Shown here one piece after another: positions 1-10,359 of a DNA stretch of 27,659 nucleotides. A program made the translations under genes and the position numbers. Positions within the stretch are counted from its first letter, which is position 1. The number at the start of each line of letters is the position of its first letter. The DNA comes from an uncultured Gammaproteobacteria bacterium (lineage in GTDB: Bacteria; Pseudomonadota; Gammaproteobacteria; UBA9214): positions 1 to 27,659 of the forward strand of contig CAVYZN010000030.1 in assembly GCA_963773065.1 (NCBI GenBank), written 5' to 3'. The notes below the pieces were generated by a model, which searched no databases, had not been told where the DNA came from, and was given only the letters and a program-made list of their open reading frames with translations.

Positions 1-118
1 CATGGTTTTACCCGCGATGACTCTCCGGGTGGATGGTACCCGTGAACACGGCAGTGGTGAAGTGAACGGTAACGGATCAGGTCAGATCTGCCTTGTCGGG
101 GATCTTCACCCGTTGAGG

Positions 119-2233
119 TCAGAACCGGTAGCGTACCGACATCATCACGGCGTGTACGTTATAGTCGGGCGAGTCTTCGCCAAAGCTGATGACGTTGGGG
201 ATGGTACCGGGATCGACGCCATCCAGCATCCAGTCCTTCGAATTGTAGTGCTCGAACCAGTACGCCGCATGCAGCGTCAGGTTCTCCTTCAGGTGGTAGT
301 CGCTATACAGCTTCACCGAATCGAGATCCGTTTTCAGGTCGGGGAAATCCCCACCAGGCGCACCTGTATCGACGTTGACCTTGCCGGTCGAACGTGACAG
401 GACGTAATCGGCGCCGACATCGAGCTTGTCCTTGATCAGCTGGTGCTTCACGCCGATGCCGTAGCTATCGAAGGTGTCATTGTTTTTCGAAGACCAGTCA
501 GGGGTCGAGAAAGTCTGGCTGCCGGCCTGATTGGATTTTATCCGCTGCCAGCTCGCGAAGACATGCAGGGTGGTCACATCCGTGAGGATCACCGAGGCGT
601 CGGTGTTATATGAGGCTTCGCGACTCTTTGTCAGGCCCAGCGGCGAGTTCGAATAGTCGTCCTGCGCAAGGTCGACGCTCATCCCGATGTTGATCCGCTC
701 ATGTGGAATGAACCCGGCATTGAGACTGGCGCTATCGCGCTGGCGGTCTGCCATGTTGTATTTTCTCATCAGCGGGTTCTCCGGCGGTTGCGTTTCGTCA
801 ACCGTGTTATAGTCCGAGTTGCTGCGGTTGGCATGTGCCGCCTTGAATGCAAAGTCGATGTTGTCGCGGGCGCGCACACTGGCCTTGCCCCAGAAGGTGT
901 TCTCCTTCGTACGGTTGACCTCCTGGTGGGTACGATCCTTTTGCTCAAAATCGTAGCCGGCGTCGACCTTGGTCACCTTGTCGATCCGGTACTCGCCCCC
1001 CAGGTTAACCGTGTTGTCCGTAAAACTGTACGGCAGGTTTTTGCGTGCCGTCGAGGTGAAGGCATCGGTCGTGACCCAGTCCCAAACCTCGCTTGGCGTC
1101 TTGTTCTCCCGGTTATTGTAGCGATAGGCCGCATTCAGGCGCAGCTTGTTGGTCACCGCGGAGTCGGCTTTCAGGTCGGCGGTCAGGGTGTTCACCTGTG
1201 CATGCGCCGAGGATTCGGGCAAGGCCACCGAGAGATTCGGGTTGATGGTAGCCGCGAGCAGGTCCGCATTCTGTTCCATGCGGCCAAGGGCGATATCGCC
1301 ACTGACCCGGGTGCGCTCGCTCAGCTGGTAACCGGATGACAGTAGAACCTGGTTGAACTGGTTGTCGGGCGGCAGGGCGAGCTGGCCGGCATCCTGCCCG
1401 GGGACAATCGGGTTGTAGGCATTTTGCCAGGTCAGGGAATCGTTATGGTTGTTGAAAAATGAGCCGTAATAGGCCAGCTTGGATTGCCATTTCCGCGTGG
1501 TATAGGTGGCGGATGCCTCCACCTCGTCGGTGACATAGTCGACCGGCTCGGCCAGTTGGGCCGCGTTGAAGAAAAAGGACCCGGCGGTAGCCTTCTGCCC
1601 GTCCTGAACCTCATGACGGACATTGACGGCAGTTTCCCATTTCCTCCCCGGCTGTGAAATTTTCAATGCCAACCCAACCGCTTGCGCTTCGTTTCCAGAT
1701 CGACATCCTGCAGGCTTGGCGTCCATTACCGTCATGCCGGCAGTCGAGCCGGCGGTGACCCAGTTGGACGGCAACCGCAGCGGAGGGGTGCCCCGGTAGG
1801 GCGTCCTTGCCGTGTCGGAGATGTAGTGTGCGATCTCGTCGTCGGTCAGGAACAATCGATAGCTGCCCTGCCGACCACCCATCATGCCAACCGAGCGGTT
1901 ATCAAAGAGGACCGGACCCGCAGATCGAGGTAATCGGCATTTTCATGGCGGGAATAGTGGCATACCCGACTGGGTAAGCACCATTGTCGTTGAGACCATT
2001 GTACTCACCGAACTTGAAGGAATTGTTAGATACATACCCGACACCGCCCTCTACCTCACCGCTTAAACCCTGCTCGAACTCACAGTACTTGCAGACCCAA
2101 CTGGAGATATCCACGCCTGCCGGTATTTCCGCCTCCGTGGTATGGGCGAGCCCCCGCTGGAGAATGGCAAGCGCGGTATCACCAGCAGCCATCGCCCGCC
2201 GGTGGTCGTCATGTTCATATCGCGCGTTATCAT
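119..2233 (-). CDS. mtrB: MtrB/PioB family decaheme-associated outer-membrane beta-barrel (frameshifted in 5' part)
   Basis: Three ORF pieces (2063-2260, 1902-2192, 119-1885) join into one protein: signal-like N-terminus, WVCKYC, FGEYNGL, LAEPVDY, LALPPDNQF, C-terminal YRF barrel signature. ATG at 2233 follows GGAGG. Lies directly downstream of the decaheme gene. Confidence 0.93.
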
Positions 2234-2274
2234 GGCCTCCTCCGTTACGCGTGTGAACAACCCGTTACCGCAAA

Positions 2275-3350
2275 TTACGCTAGCGCATCAGCTTGACCCA
2301 GGAAGGGTGGTTCGAATCCGTGCACCTGTGAATGACAGTTCATGCATGATCCTGCCAGCAGGAATCCGGAAGGATTCGCATCCGGCAGGCCCTGCGTCGT
2401 CCACGCGACGCTCGGATGCCCGATCTGTGAATGGCACTGCTGGCACGGCAAACGGCGGCCCGTTTGGTCGGTCAACGCCGGGTGGAGTGAGCAGTGCGGC
2501 GTTATGGCACAGGGTGCAATCTTCGGACGCGGGTGGGTGCTCCCACAGGAACGGTCCACGTTTATCCGCGTGGCAGGTGTAACAGGTTTCATTCAGCGTC
2601 GGGCGGATCAGCAATGTGGATGTGCCGGCCCCGTGATAACTTCCTGGAGCAATCACTGCGCCAGTCCATATTTGGCCGAACCGCACCGGATGGCTGGAGG
2701 GTTTGAAAAACTCAGCACGTTCCTTCAGGTGGCACTTGTAACACACCTCCGGCTGGGTCACCTTGTCGAGCGCGGGATCATGCGCCGTATGGATCGTGTG
2801 ACAATTGAGCACACGGCGGCCTCGCCAGCCTCGTGCGCACTGCCCCGCCAGGCGATGGTGTTATCTTCCTGTTCGTGGCATTGGAGGCACATGCGGTTCT
2901 GCAATTCCACGGGCTCGTATGCGACTTGACGCCGAAATTCAGGATGGGTGGGCGCTTTCTCCTGGTCGGACTTGCCGATGTGGCTGCCCGCCTTCTGGGC
3001 CTGCCCCATGAACGCCATGTCCTTGACACCGGGTCCGTGACAAGCCTCGCACTGCAGTCCGGCAAACGGCGTACGTGAATCCGCCTTCATGGCAAAATGG
3101 TATTGAAGATATCGAAAACCAGAATATTGCGAATCCTGAGTCGTGGCATTTGATACAGGTGTCGGCGCCCTTCTTCGAGTATTCCACGGCGCTGACGGAT
3201 GCCGGCGCGGGTCCGGAACTTTGCTTCCGGTGCTTGCCGGTTCCCCGGTTGGGCTGCCTGCCCGGCATGACTGATCATAATGGTCAGGAGGCACCAGAGG
3301 AGCAGCGGAATGGAGAGCGGCACGCGTCTGATTTTTCTCATAGGCATCAA
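2275..3350 (-). CDS. mtrA: DmsE/MtrA/MtoA family periplasmic decaheme cytochrome c (multiple frameshifts)
   Basis: Signal peptide, then across frames: GADTCIKCH, CEACHGPG, CLQCH, CxNCH, PEVCYKCH, a garbled sixth motif near 2640-2670, NETCYTCHADKRGPFLWEHPP, CTLCH, CQQCH, SCMNCHSQVHG. This is the family's typical motif order. Confidence 0.92.
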
Positions 3351-3556
3351 CTGGTGCGGGTTACCCCGAACGGGCGTGGTAGTTGCGGCGCAGACGCTCC
3401 GGCAATTGGTAAAGATATGCTTGGACGGGTATAATTACCCGTGTGAACTGGCGCATCCGCCGCACATCGTTTTCAGGAACGAAACCGAAACCTGCTCGAA
3501 ATGCTTCATGGGCATTGCAGGTCCCGGTTCAGCAATTCGAGACAGGTTCGCACCGA

Positions 3557-5956
3557 TTACGGAATGAATTCCCCGAGGAATTCCGCGAAGGCCGCGTCGT
3601 GCACCAGTTACGTCGCCACCTGCCCGGGGCCGTGACGCGCCGGGCAGGCCTCGACGTTGCCCCCCTGCGTCACCTGGTCGGCGCCGAACAGTGCGCCATT
3701 ATAGTCCATGTGCACGCGCGGCAATGTGCCGTCGTGACAGGCGGAACACACCGAGGCGATGAGAGACATATTTCAGGTCATCCGACTGATCGGCCAGCTT
3801 TGCGGCGAAGTCCGAACCGTCCGGCGCCGCGGTCGGGTAAGAGTCCACCGTGCTGCCGCGGATACCGTTCTGCGTCGGCAACTGCCGCCGTTGGCCGAGC
3901 GGTCTCAAGCGTATAGGTGTCCTGCAGGTGGCAGGTCTCGCATTCGACAGCACACCGGGGAAGCGGACATTGCTGAAGTCATTGTCATTGCCGCCAAACC
4001 CGAGATCACCAGCCCCTGTTTGCGGAAGCCGTGGGCATTGGTGCCATCGAAATTCGTCTCCAGGCGGCGTGAATACCGTGGATCAGGCGCTTGAAGTCGA
4101 TCGATTCCTCCGTCTTGCCGTCCAGTGGGGAGACAAGCGGCAGGCCCGTGACCGTGTCCTTCGGGCGCTGCGCGACATCGGTATTGCTCGGGTTGTGGCA
4201 GAGCACGCACAGTTGACCGTTGTTGTTGCGGTTGTTACCGTGCACATTCAGTACATCATGGCAGCGGTCGCACTTGGTCGGCACGTCCACCACCTGGCGC
4301 CGCGGTTTCGGCGTGGTGTCGGTGATCCCGAAATAGGCGACCTCGCTGTTGACCGGCACCTGTACGGTGAATGCACCCGTGCCGTCGTCGGCCGCCGGGT
4401 GACCTTCCAGGGCAATGGTCCCGGTGCCCGTTGCGGTAGCGGGAATCACCTCGGGACCCGGGGTGACCAGTGCACCATTGAGTGTGAAGGTGCCGTCCCC
4501 ATGTCGGTCACGGCCGTCGAAGTACGCAGGTTCACTGAGTCCGCCCGGGATGGGCGCGTCCCGATACCGCCGTCGTTCGTATAGTCACGGGTATCCCAGG
4601 CGATAAGCACGTTCAGGGACACAACGCTCGAACTGAACTCCTGGTGGTGCTCGTCGAACGGACATTGTAGGCATTGCCATACTGGTGTGTCATCGCGCCC
4701 GTGGGATCGGTGACGGAGAACTTCACGGTCGGGTTGGTCGTGGGTGGACAGGCCGGATTCGAGCCAACAGCCGTGCCACAAATCTCCAGAATATTGAACT
4801 GGAAGAAGGCGCGCGCGACCTTGCCGGGGATGGTATGCGATTCCGCGACGCTGCCGGCTATGCGATTTTCCGCGTGGCAGGTAATGCACTCGCTGTTGTC
4901 CGTCACGATGCCGCCCGGATGGCCGGTCGGGTCTACCGGTGGATTACCCGAACCATCCTTGGAGAAATCGATATCGTCATGGCAGGAACCACACGCCGCC
5001 ATATTCGGCAGCTGCCAGTTGTCACCCTGCGGGGTGTCCGGATCACTGCCGTCATGGCACTTGGTGCAGTTGCGGATATCCTGCGGGAACACGATATCGG
5101 AAAAATCATGAGAGCCGACGGCATAGCTGCCGCCAGTTTCGACGCTGGGCAGATTTTCGCCCTGGTGGATCTTGTGGATCATGACCTTGAAGTCAACTGT
5201 GGTGTCGCTATCAGCCCAGGAACCCGGGTTGTGACATGTTACGCACAACTTCATCTCGAAGCGGGAACCGTGCGCCGTGATCTTGTCGTGACACTCGTTG
5301 CAGTTGGCGGTCTTGACGATCTCGCGGCTGGTTCCGGCGCTGCCGTTCGGTACGAAATCGTACAGGGCATTGGCAAGTGGCAGGTCACTGTTGCCCTGCT
5401 GGATGCCGACACGGTGCGTCAGGCCGGGCTGATAGGAGACGTTCAATGCGTTGCCATCGGCGTCCGTGCACGGCGCGGGGCAGGGCGCATTGCTAATGTC
5501 GGTGGCAAAGGTGTAGGTGTAGGTGCCGTCTCCGTGGTTAACCAGTACTCCCCAGGGATATCCGCTGCGCAGGCGTTCCTGCGAACCCTGCATGGCCCCG
5601 TCGCTGGCGCGGACAATGTAGTTCTGCCACTGGCTGGGATCGCCATTGACGCCGGGCATCAACTTGGCGATATTGAAACGCAGGTCGCTGTCGGTGAGGC
5701 CGGTAAACCCTACGCCATCCTCGTTGGTCACGGTGAACTCGACGACCGGGGGGCTGGCGATTGTGACGCTGTCGATGGTGATATTCAGCTCCGTCGCTGA
5801 CGTAGAAGTGCTTGGCGGCGGGGGCGTTCCCTGGTCGCCGTCACTTCCACCCCCACCGCCGCCGCCACCACCACCACACCCCGACAGGACCAGGAGCACT
5901 AATGAACACTCCAGCGTCCACCTGCACCACAGCCCCAACGTTTTTGACCGCGTCAT
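3557..5956 (-). CDS. mtrC: OmcA/MtrC family outer-surface decaheme lipoprotein cytochrome c (3' half frameshifted)
   Basis: GGAGGAG RBS before ATG 5956; lipobox LSGC plus Gly linker; CNECH, CVTCHNP, DFKVMIHKIH, CTKCH, CGSCH, CITCH; then CDRCH, CVLCHNP, DFKRLIHGIH, CETCH, CSACH and CPARH in shifted frames; stop at 3557-3559. Confidence 0.92.
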
Positions 5957-6172
5957 CTTCTCCTCCACAGGGCGTTCGTCAAGCCGCCGCCCTTCTTGCT
6001 GTACCGGCCTGTCGTGTACGTGTTCCCGTCATCGACAAGCCTGCCCCCGGGGCCGCTTTGAAGGTTCGCACAATTACGTGCTACTGTATAGTCCCCTGTA
6101 TTTATTGCACAGATCAGCCGTAAACTGCGGCTATATTTGCGAACCTCACTAACCGGCACACGGAGGGAAAAT

Positions 6173-6799
6173 ATGAAAAGCAACAGTCGTAATCTGGTAT
6201 TCCTTTGCCTGGGCGCCCTGTTTTCCGGCCCGCTCATCAACGATGTCGTAGCCGCGGATATCGCCACGCTCACAGCTCCGTGCGAGGACTGTCACGGCAA
6301 GGACGGTGTCAGCCAGGAACCGAAGATACCGATCATCGCGGGTTCTTCATCCACGTACATTGTCTACGCCATGGATGCCTTCCGGGATAAAACCTGGCCA
6401 TGCGAGGACATCAAGTATCCGGCCGGGGCACACAAAGGTGAAACCACCAATATGTGCAAGGCCGTGAAAAACCTGTCGGAAGAAGACACAAAACTCATTG
6501 CCGACCACTATGCCGGCAAACCGTTCGTGCGCGCCAAACAGAGCTTCGATGCCGATCTGGCCAAGACCGGCAAGGGTATCCATGAACTCAATTGCAGGAA
6601 ATGCCACGAGGACGGCGGCAGTTCACCGGATGACGATGCCGGCATCCTCGCTGGACAATGGATGCCGTACCTGGAAGAACAGTTAGAAGAATTTGTTTCC
6701 GGCAAGCGCCCGATGCCTGAAAAGAAGATACCGAAAATAGAAAAACTGACCCAAGACGATATCAAGGCCTTGGTCAATTATTACGGCAGTTTCCACTAA
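6173..6799 (+). CDS. Periplasmic diheme cytochrome c (c4/c553 type, PdsA-like by context)
   Basis: GGAGGG RBS, signal peptide, CEDCH and CRKCH motifs, PIIAG and ILAGQWMPYL c4-type segments; intact ORF. Confidence 0.85.
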   Translation: MKSNSRNLVFLCLGALFSGPLINDVVAADIATLTAPCEDCHGKDGVSQEPKIPIIAGSSSTYIVYAMDAFRDKTWPCEDIKYPAGAHKGETTNMCKAVKNLSEEDTKLIADHYAGKPFVRAKQSFDADLAKTGKGIHELNCRKCHEDGGSSPDDDAGILAGQWMPYLEEQLEEFVSGKRPMPEKKIPKIEKLTQDDIKALVNYYGSFH

Positions 6800-6860
6800 A
6801 TCGCGGCAACTGGCCCGGCCCGCGGCGGCACGCGTACATCAGACTGGGGGAACCGGTCGC

Positions 6861-7454
6861 ATGCCACAAAACGACAATAACGCCGGGAAGGGTCTCTGGC
6901 GACGGCCAAGGTTCTGGTTCCTGCTGGGCATACCGCTGGGCGGTTTCCTGATGTTCTTTGCGGGCGCCATCGCTCTCGGCGCCTTCAACACCGTCATGGA
7001 ATACAGCAATACCCTCGGATTCTGCACCTCCTGCCACGAAATGCGGGATTTCGTATACGAGGAATACAAAAAGAGTGTGCACTACCAGAATGCCAGTGGT
7101 GTACGGGCGGTATGTCCAGACTGCCACGTTCCCAAACCCTGGGGCGCGAAACTCATGCGCAAGATCCAGGCAAGCTTCAATGAGCTGCCCCACAAGGTTC
7201 TGGGTACAATCGACACCAAAGAGAAATTCGAGGCCAAGCGACTCGAACTCGCGCAAGACGTCTGGGCAGGCATGAAGGCGAACGACTCCCGGGAGTGCCG
7301 CAACTGCCACACCCTGGAGTCCATGGAACTTGCCAAGCAGGACAAGAGTGCGCAGAAAAAACACACCCTGGAGCGCAAGCTTGAAAAAGGTGAAACCTGT
7401 ATTGATTGTCACAAGGGCATCGCGCATAAATTGCCGGAGGGCTACGAAGGCTGA
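6861..7454 (+). CDS. NapC/NirT family membrane-anchored tetraheme cytochrome c (CymA-like quinol dehydrogenase)
   Basis: N-terminal TM helix; FCTSCHEM, CPDCHVP, CRNCH, CIDCHKGIAHKLP; intact ORF. Confidence 0.95.
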   Translation: MPQNDNNAGKGLWRRPRFWFLLGIPLGGFLMFFAGAIALGAFNTVMEYSNTLGFCTSCHEMRDFVYEEYKKSVHYQNASGVRAVCPDCHVPKPWGAKLMRKIQASFNELPHKVLGTIDTKEKFEAKRLELAQDVWAGMKANDSRECRNCHTLESMELAKQDKSAQKKHTLERKLEKGETCIDCHKGIAHKLPEGYEG

Positions 7455-7725
7455 AATCCGCGGGTGACCGGTGACTGGGGCGGTTCAGAGACTGGTTGAT
7501 GACCTCTTCCGGCGACCGGCACACCGGCTGACCGCCTCCTCATCCTTCACCCGGGCTGCAATGCGCTACCACGCACTGATCCGCCTGTAGACACTGGCCA
7601 GCAATGATCCAGACCCACTCCGGGAGAGCGGTATCCCATGCCGGACTTGCATGATTACAGAGCTTGAGTGACCTCAACTAACCTGCTGCAACACATCAAC
7701 AAAATTACGAAGCAAGCGGGCCATT

Positions 7726-8100
7726 TTACCTTGTAAGATTGACTCTGATTTTGGGAACCAGTGCCGCTAGGCGGACAATGAAATCCAGTGACTCGATCAC
7801 CACATGCGTGGTGCCGCCGCGGTACGGGGTCTTGAGCTGGTAACGCAACCGGCCCTGGGCAGTAAGTGACAACCGGTGCTCGGCCATGGCCGGACGGGTG
7901 ATGTAACGACACAGCCGATCGAGCTTTTGCCGCTCATGCGCCGCGGCGGCCGGTCCGGCATGCCGCGGAAAACCTGGCGCTTTCGCCACCCGGGGGGCGC
8001 TGTTCTCTTCCAGGCAACCCTGCAGCGGCAGGGTCTGCAGGCTGAAAGCCCTGCGGCCTTGTTGCGGACCGGTCGCGATGCAATTGGTAATTGAACTGCC
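7726..8100 (-). mobile_element. IS91/ISCR family (Y2 rolling-circle) transposase remnant
   Basis: IATGPQQGRRAFSLQTLP, HAG...ERQKLDRLCRYITRP, LRYQLKTPYRGGTTHV, DFIVRLAALVPKIRVNLTR match the conserved region of ISCR transposases; truncated at both ends. Confidence 0.85.
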
Positions 8101-8155
8101 ACGTTGTTTTTTAAACCTGGATATTTCACAAAATACCCAAGTTAGGCACACCGAA

Positions 8156-8656
8156 TTATTTTCTTTTCAAGGTTCCCCAAACATCGGGAGCAACGGACTC
8201 AGGCAGATAGGCATGACAGGCATTGCAAGAGTCCTTCATATTTTCTAAAGCCTCGTTAAGCCCCTCACGATTATCTTCTTCCATAGCATCATGGGCAGCA
8301 AGAACCAGATCTTTCAAAGCATTTCTACTGCGCCTTTCAAGTTTCTCAAACATCTCAACATCCATATTCGAATTGGAGGCATTTTTATTCATAACCTTGG
8401 CAGAATTTGCTGCATGCCAATCCATGGGGCCCAGTAATCCGAAGGTTTGTTGAATGGCAATAGCATGTCGGACCAGATTATCTGAGTACTTTATTTTGTG
8501 TTCCGTCAAATTATGTATTGCATCGGCGTGAATTCGCAGTACAGTAATCACTGACTCTACGTAAGATTCCCGATTAAACTCGCCAGCTCGAACAACTATG
8601 ATCCAAGATAGGCAGAGAGTTGTAATCATAAGCGTCACAAATATCTTTCTTTTCAT
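8156..8656 (-). CDS. Monoheme class II (cytochrome c'-like, helical bundle) periplasmic cytochrome c
   Basis: ATG 8656 after GAGG, signal peptide MKRKIFVTLM...VRA, helical composition, single C-terminal CNACH. Confidence 0.75.
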   Translation of the reverse strand: MKRKIFVTLMITTLCLSWIIVVRAGEFNRESYVESVITVLRIHADAIHNLTEHKIKYSDNLVRHAIAIQQTFGLLGPMDWHAANSAKVMNKNASNSNMDVEMFEKLERRSRNALKDLVLAAHDAMEEDNREGLNEALENMKDSCNACHAYLPESVAPDVWGTLKRK

Positions 8657-8906
8657 AATGGCCTCGTGGTACACATTTTTAGAATAACAAAACAGGCGCA
8701 GTCTACTCCCCCTGACACCGAGATTACGAATCACCTCAAAGCGTTCCCAACGCGCGAAGGGATTATCCCGGTCGTCGATCCATCCGGAACCTCGAACTGT
8801 GGCCCATATGACCGAGCTATTCTTGCAAATAATCAAGAAAAGGGATCGGGGTAGTTCGCCGCAGCGCCGTGGCATCGGCCCGGCGCCATTTTGGGACGTG
8901 GCGGAG

Positions 8907-9995
8907 TTATTCGAAAAATGTGCGCTCGAATTTCGCCTCGACAGTCCGTGTCGCCCCCGGCCTCTTTATGCGCAAGGTGATGCGGTAGGAAGTCCCGGGT
9001 TGCGGCTTCACATAGTTTCCGTAACTTCCGCCGAGCATCATCGGCTCCAGTTCAACAGGGATGCTGTCCAGACCGGGCCAATCGAACTGCATGTGTACTT
9101 GCGCGTTGTTGATTGGTGCTCGACTCTTTTCGTCAAATAGCGATACGTTGACATGGTAATAGCCAGAACCCTTCGGAATGCCGCCATGCATGGTTCGCTC
9201 AGGAGAATCCTTCGGAAATGCGTGTATGTTCCCCGCCGGCATCAAGCCCAGATAGATTTCGATTCCGTCCACGGACTGGTGGTTAGGATCCGTAACTGTC
9301 GTCGGACCCGGCTTCGCGGCGCCGGCTGAGGACGACTTGGCAGACATCACAGCCGGATTGTACATATAGAGTATTGCTGAACGGAGCTCTGCATCGGAGA
9401 GATTGGCCTGACCACCCCGCGGCGGCATCCCACCGTGCCCATGGATAGCGGAGTTGACCAGGTACGGAAGCCCGTGTTTCATTCGCTGCACCCAGGCTTG
9501 CAGATCGCCGATTTTCGGCGCCCCACCGACACCCTCCGCGTGGCATTTGGCGCACTGTGCCTTGACGACTTGCTCACCGCTTCGTTCTGTGGCCAAGTCC
9601 TTCGCGCTTGCGGGCTCGACCCAATTGCCGCCCGACAGATTGACCATATAGGTTACTGCGCGCGCGATCTCCAGATCGCTGAGTTTCGGGTCGCCGCCGT
9701 GCGCAGGCATGTTGCGTATGCCATCGAGAGCGTGCAACGTCAGGTTGGAGAGACCCTGAGAGGCGCGACTGCTCCAGGCGTCCTTGTCGCCAATCTTCGG
9801 CGCACCGTTCACGCCCGTTGCATGGCACGCGGCACAGACCGTATCGACCACCTCCTTGCCATTGCGCTCGTCACCCTGCGTGCGCATCGGTGATAACGCT
9901 AGTGCCATAGGCAGCGCGAGGAAAAGATACGCCGCCCTGCACTTATGCGCCGCGAAGACTCTTGGCAGGCCTTCGATTCGCGTGTTTTTTTTCAT
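8907..9995 (-). CDS. Diheme cytochrome c5 family protein with C-terminal His/Met-containing (P19/Tp34-like) domain
   Basis: Two c5 repeats (CAACH..GAPKIGD..W..R..MPAHGG; CAKCH..GAPKIGD..MPPRGG), Ala/Pro/Ser linker, then about 125 aa with MHGG, YYHVNV, LEPMM..SYGNY. Start at ATG 9995 inferred from upstream GGGAG. Confidence 0.8.
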   Translation of the reverse strand: MKKNTRIEGLPRVFAAHKCRAAYLFLALPMALALSPMRTQGDERNGKEVVDTVCAACHATGVNGAPKIGDKDAWSSRASQGLSNLTLHALDGIRNMPAHGGDPKLSDLEIARAVTYMVNLSGGNWVEPASAKDLATERSGEQVVKAQCAKCHAEGVGGAPKIGDLQAWVQRMKHGLPYLVNSAIHGHGGMPPRGGQANLSDAELRSAILYMYNPAVMSAKSSSAGAAKPGPTTVTDPNHQSVDGIEIYLGLMPAGNIHAFPKDSPERTMHGGIPKGSGYYHVNVSLFDEKSRAPINNAQVHMQFDWPGLDSIPVELEPMMLGGSYGNYVKPQPGTSYRITLRIKRPGATRTVEAKFERTFFE

Positions 9996-10359
9996 GCCGC
10001 TACTCCCGATTACCCGACGAACCCTTCGCATATGCGACACCATTGTTGATGGCGTCGTATTAATGCATGTATAAAAATAATAGAAGGCATCTGCCAAAAG
10101 TCCACGGTTATTGAACAGCCGTTCGCCTCCTTTTTCGCACCGACCAAAGCGCCCACGAAGCCAAATCACCTATCATGGGTGATGTTTACAAGAAAGCTTA
10201 TAGGGTAAGTGGGAACCGAAAATATGGACATACCTGCTGCGTCCTAACAAAATATAAACTTTTGATTAGTACCTCGTTTCCTGTTGGTTTGGCGACGATA
10301 GCCACTCACATAGGGTATTTAATGTCCGCTCAGGATCAGTGGTTATTCGTGGCTCAAGT

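Noticed and set aside
1885-4700. Pseudogenisation or programmed frameshifting of mtrCAB
   Set aside because: Indels cluster by region, also hit the housekeeping suf genes, and leave motifs conserved, while neighbouring blocks are error-free. Low-coverage long-read error is the simpler explanation.
4685-5800. Long plus-strand ORF of 371 aa and similar antisense ORFs elsewhere
   Set aside because: Shadow frames of GC-rich genes on the opposite strand with no recognisable motifs.
5847-5876. Poly-Gly run in MtrC as an artefact or phase-variable repeat
   Set aside because: Encoded by mixed Gly codons in frame; an ordinary lipoprotein tether.
8657-8875. N-terminal extension of the c'-like ORF (likewise 9996-10169 and 14131-14250 for neighbouring genes)
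   Set aside because: Downstream ATGs have an RBS and begin signal peptides.
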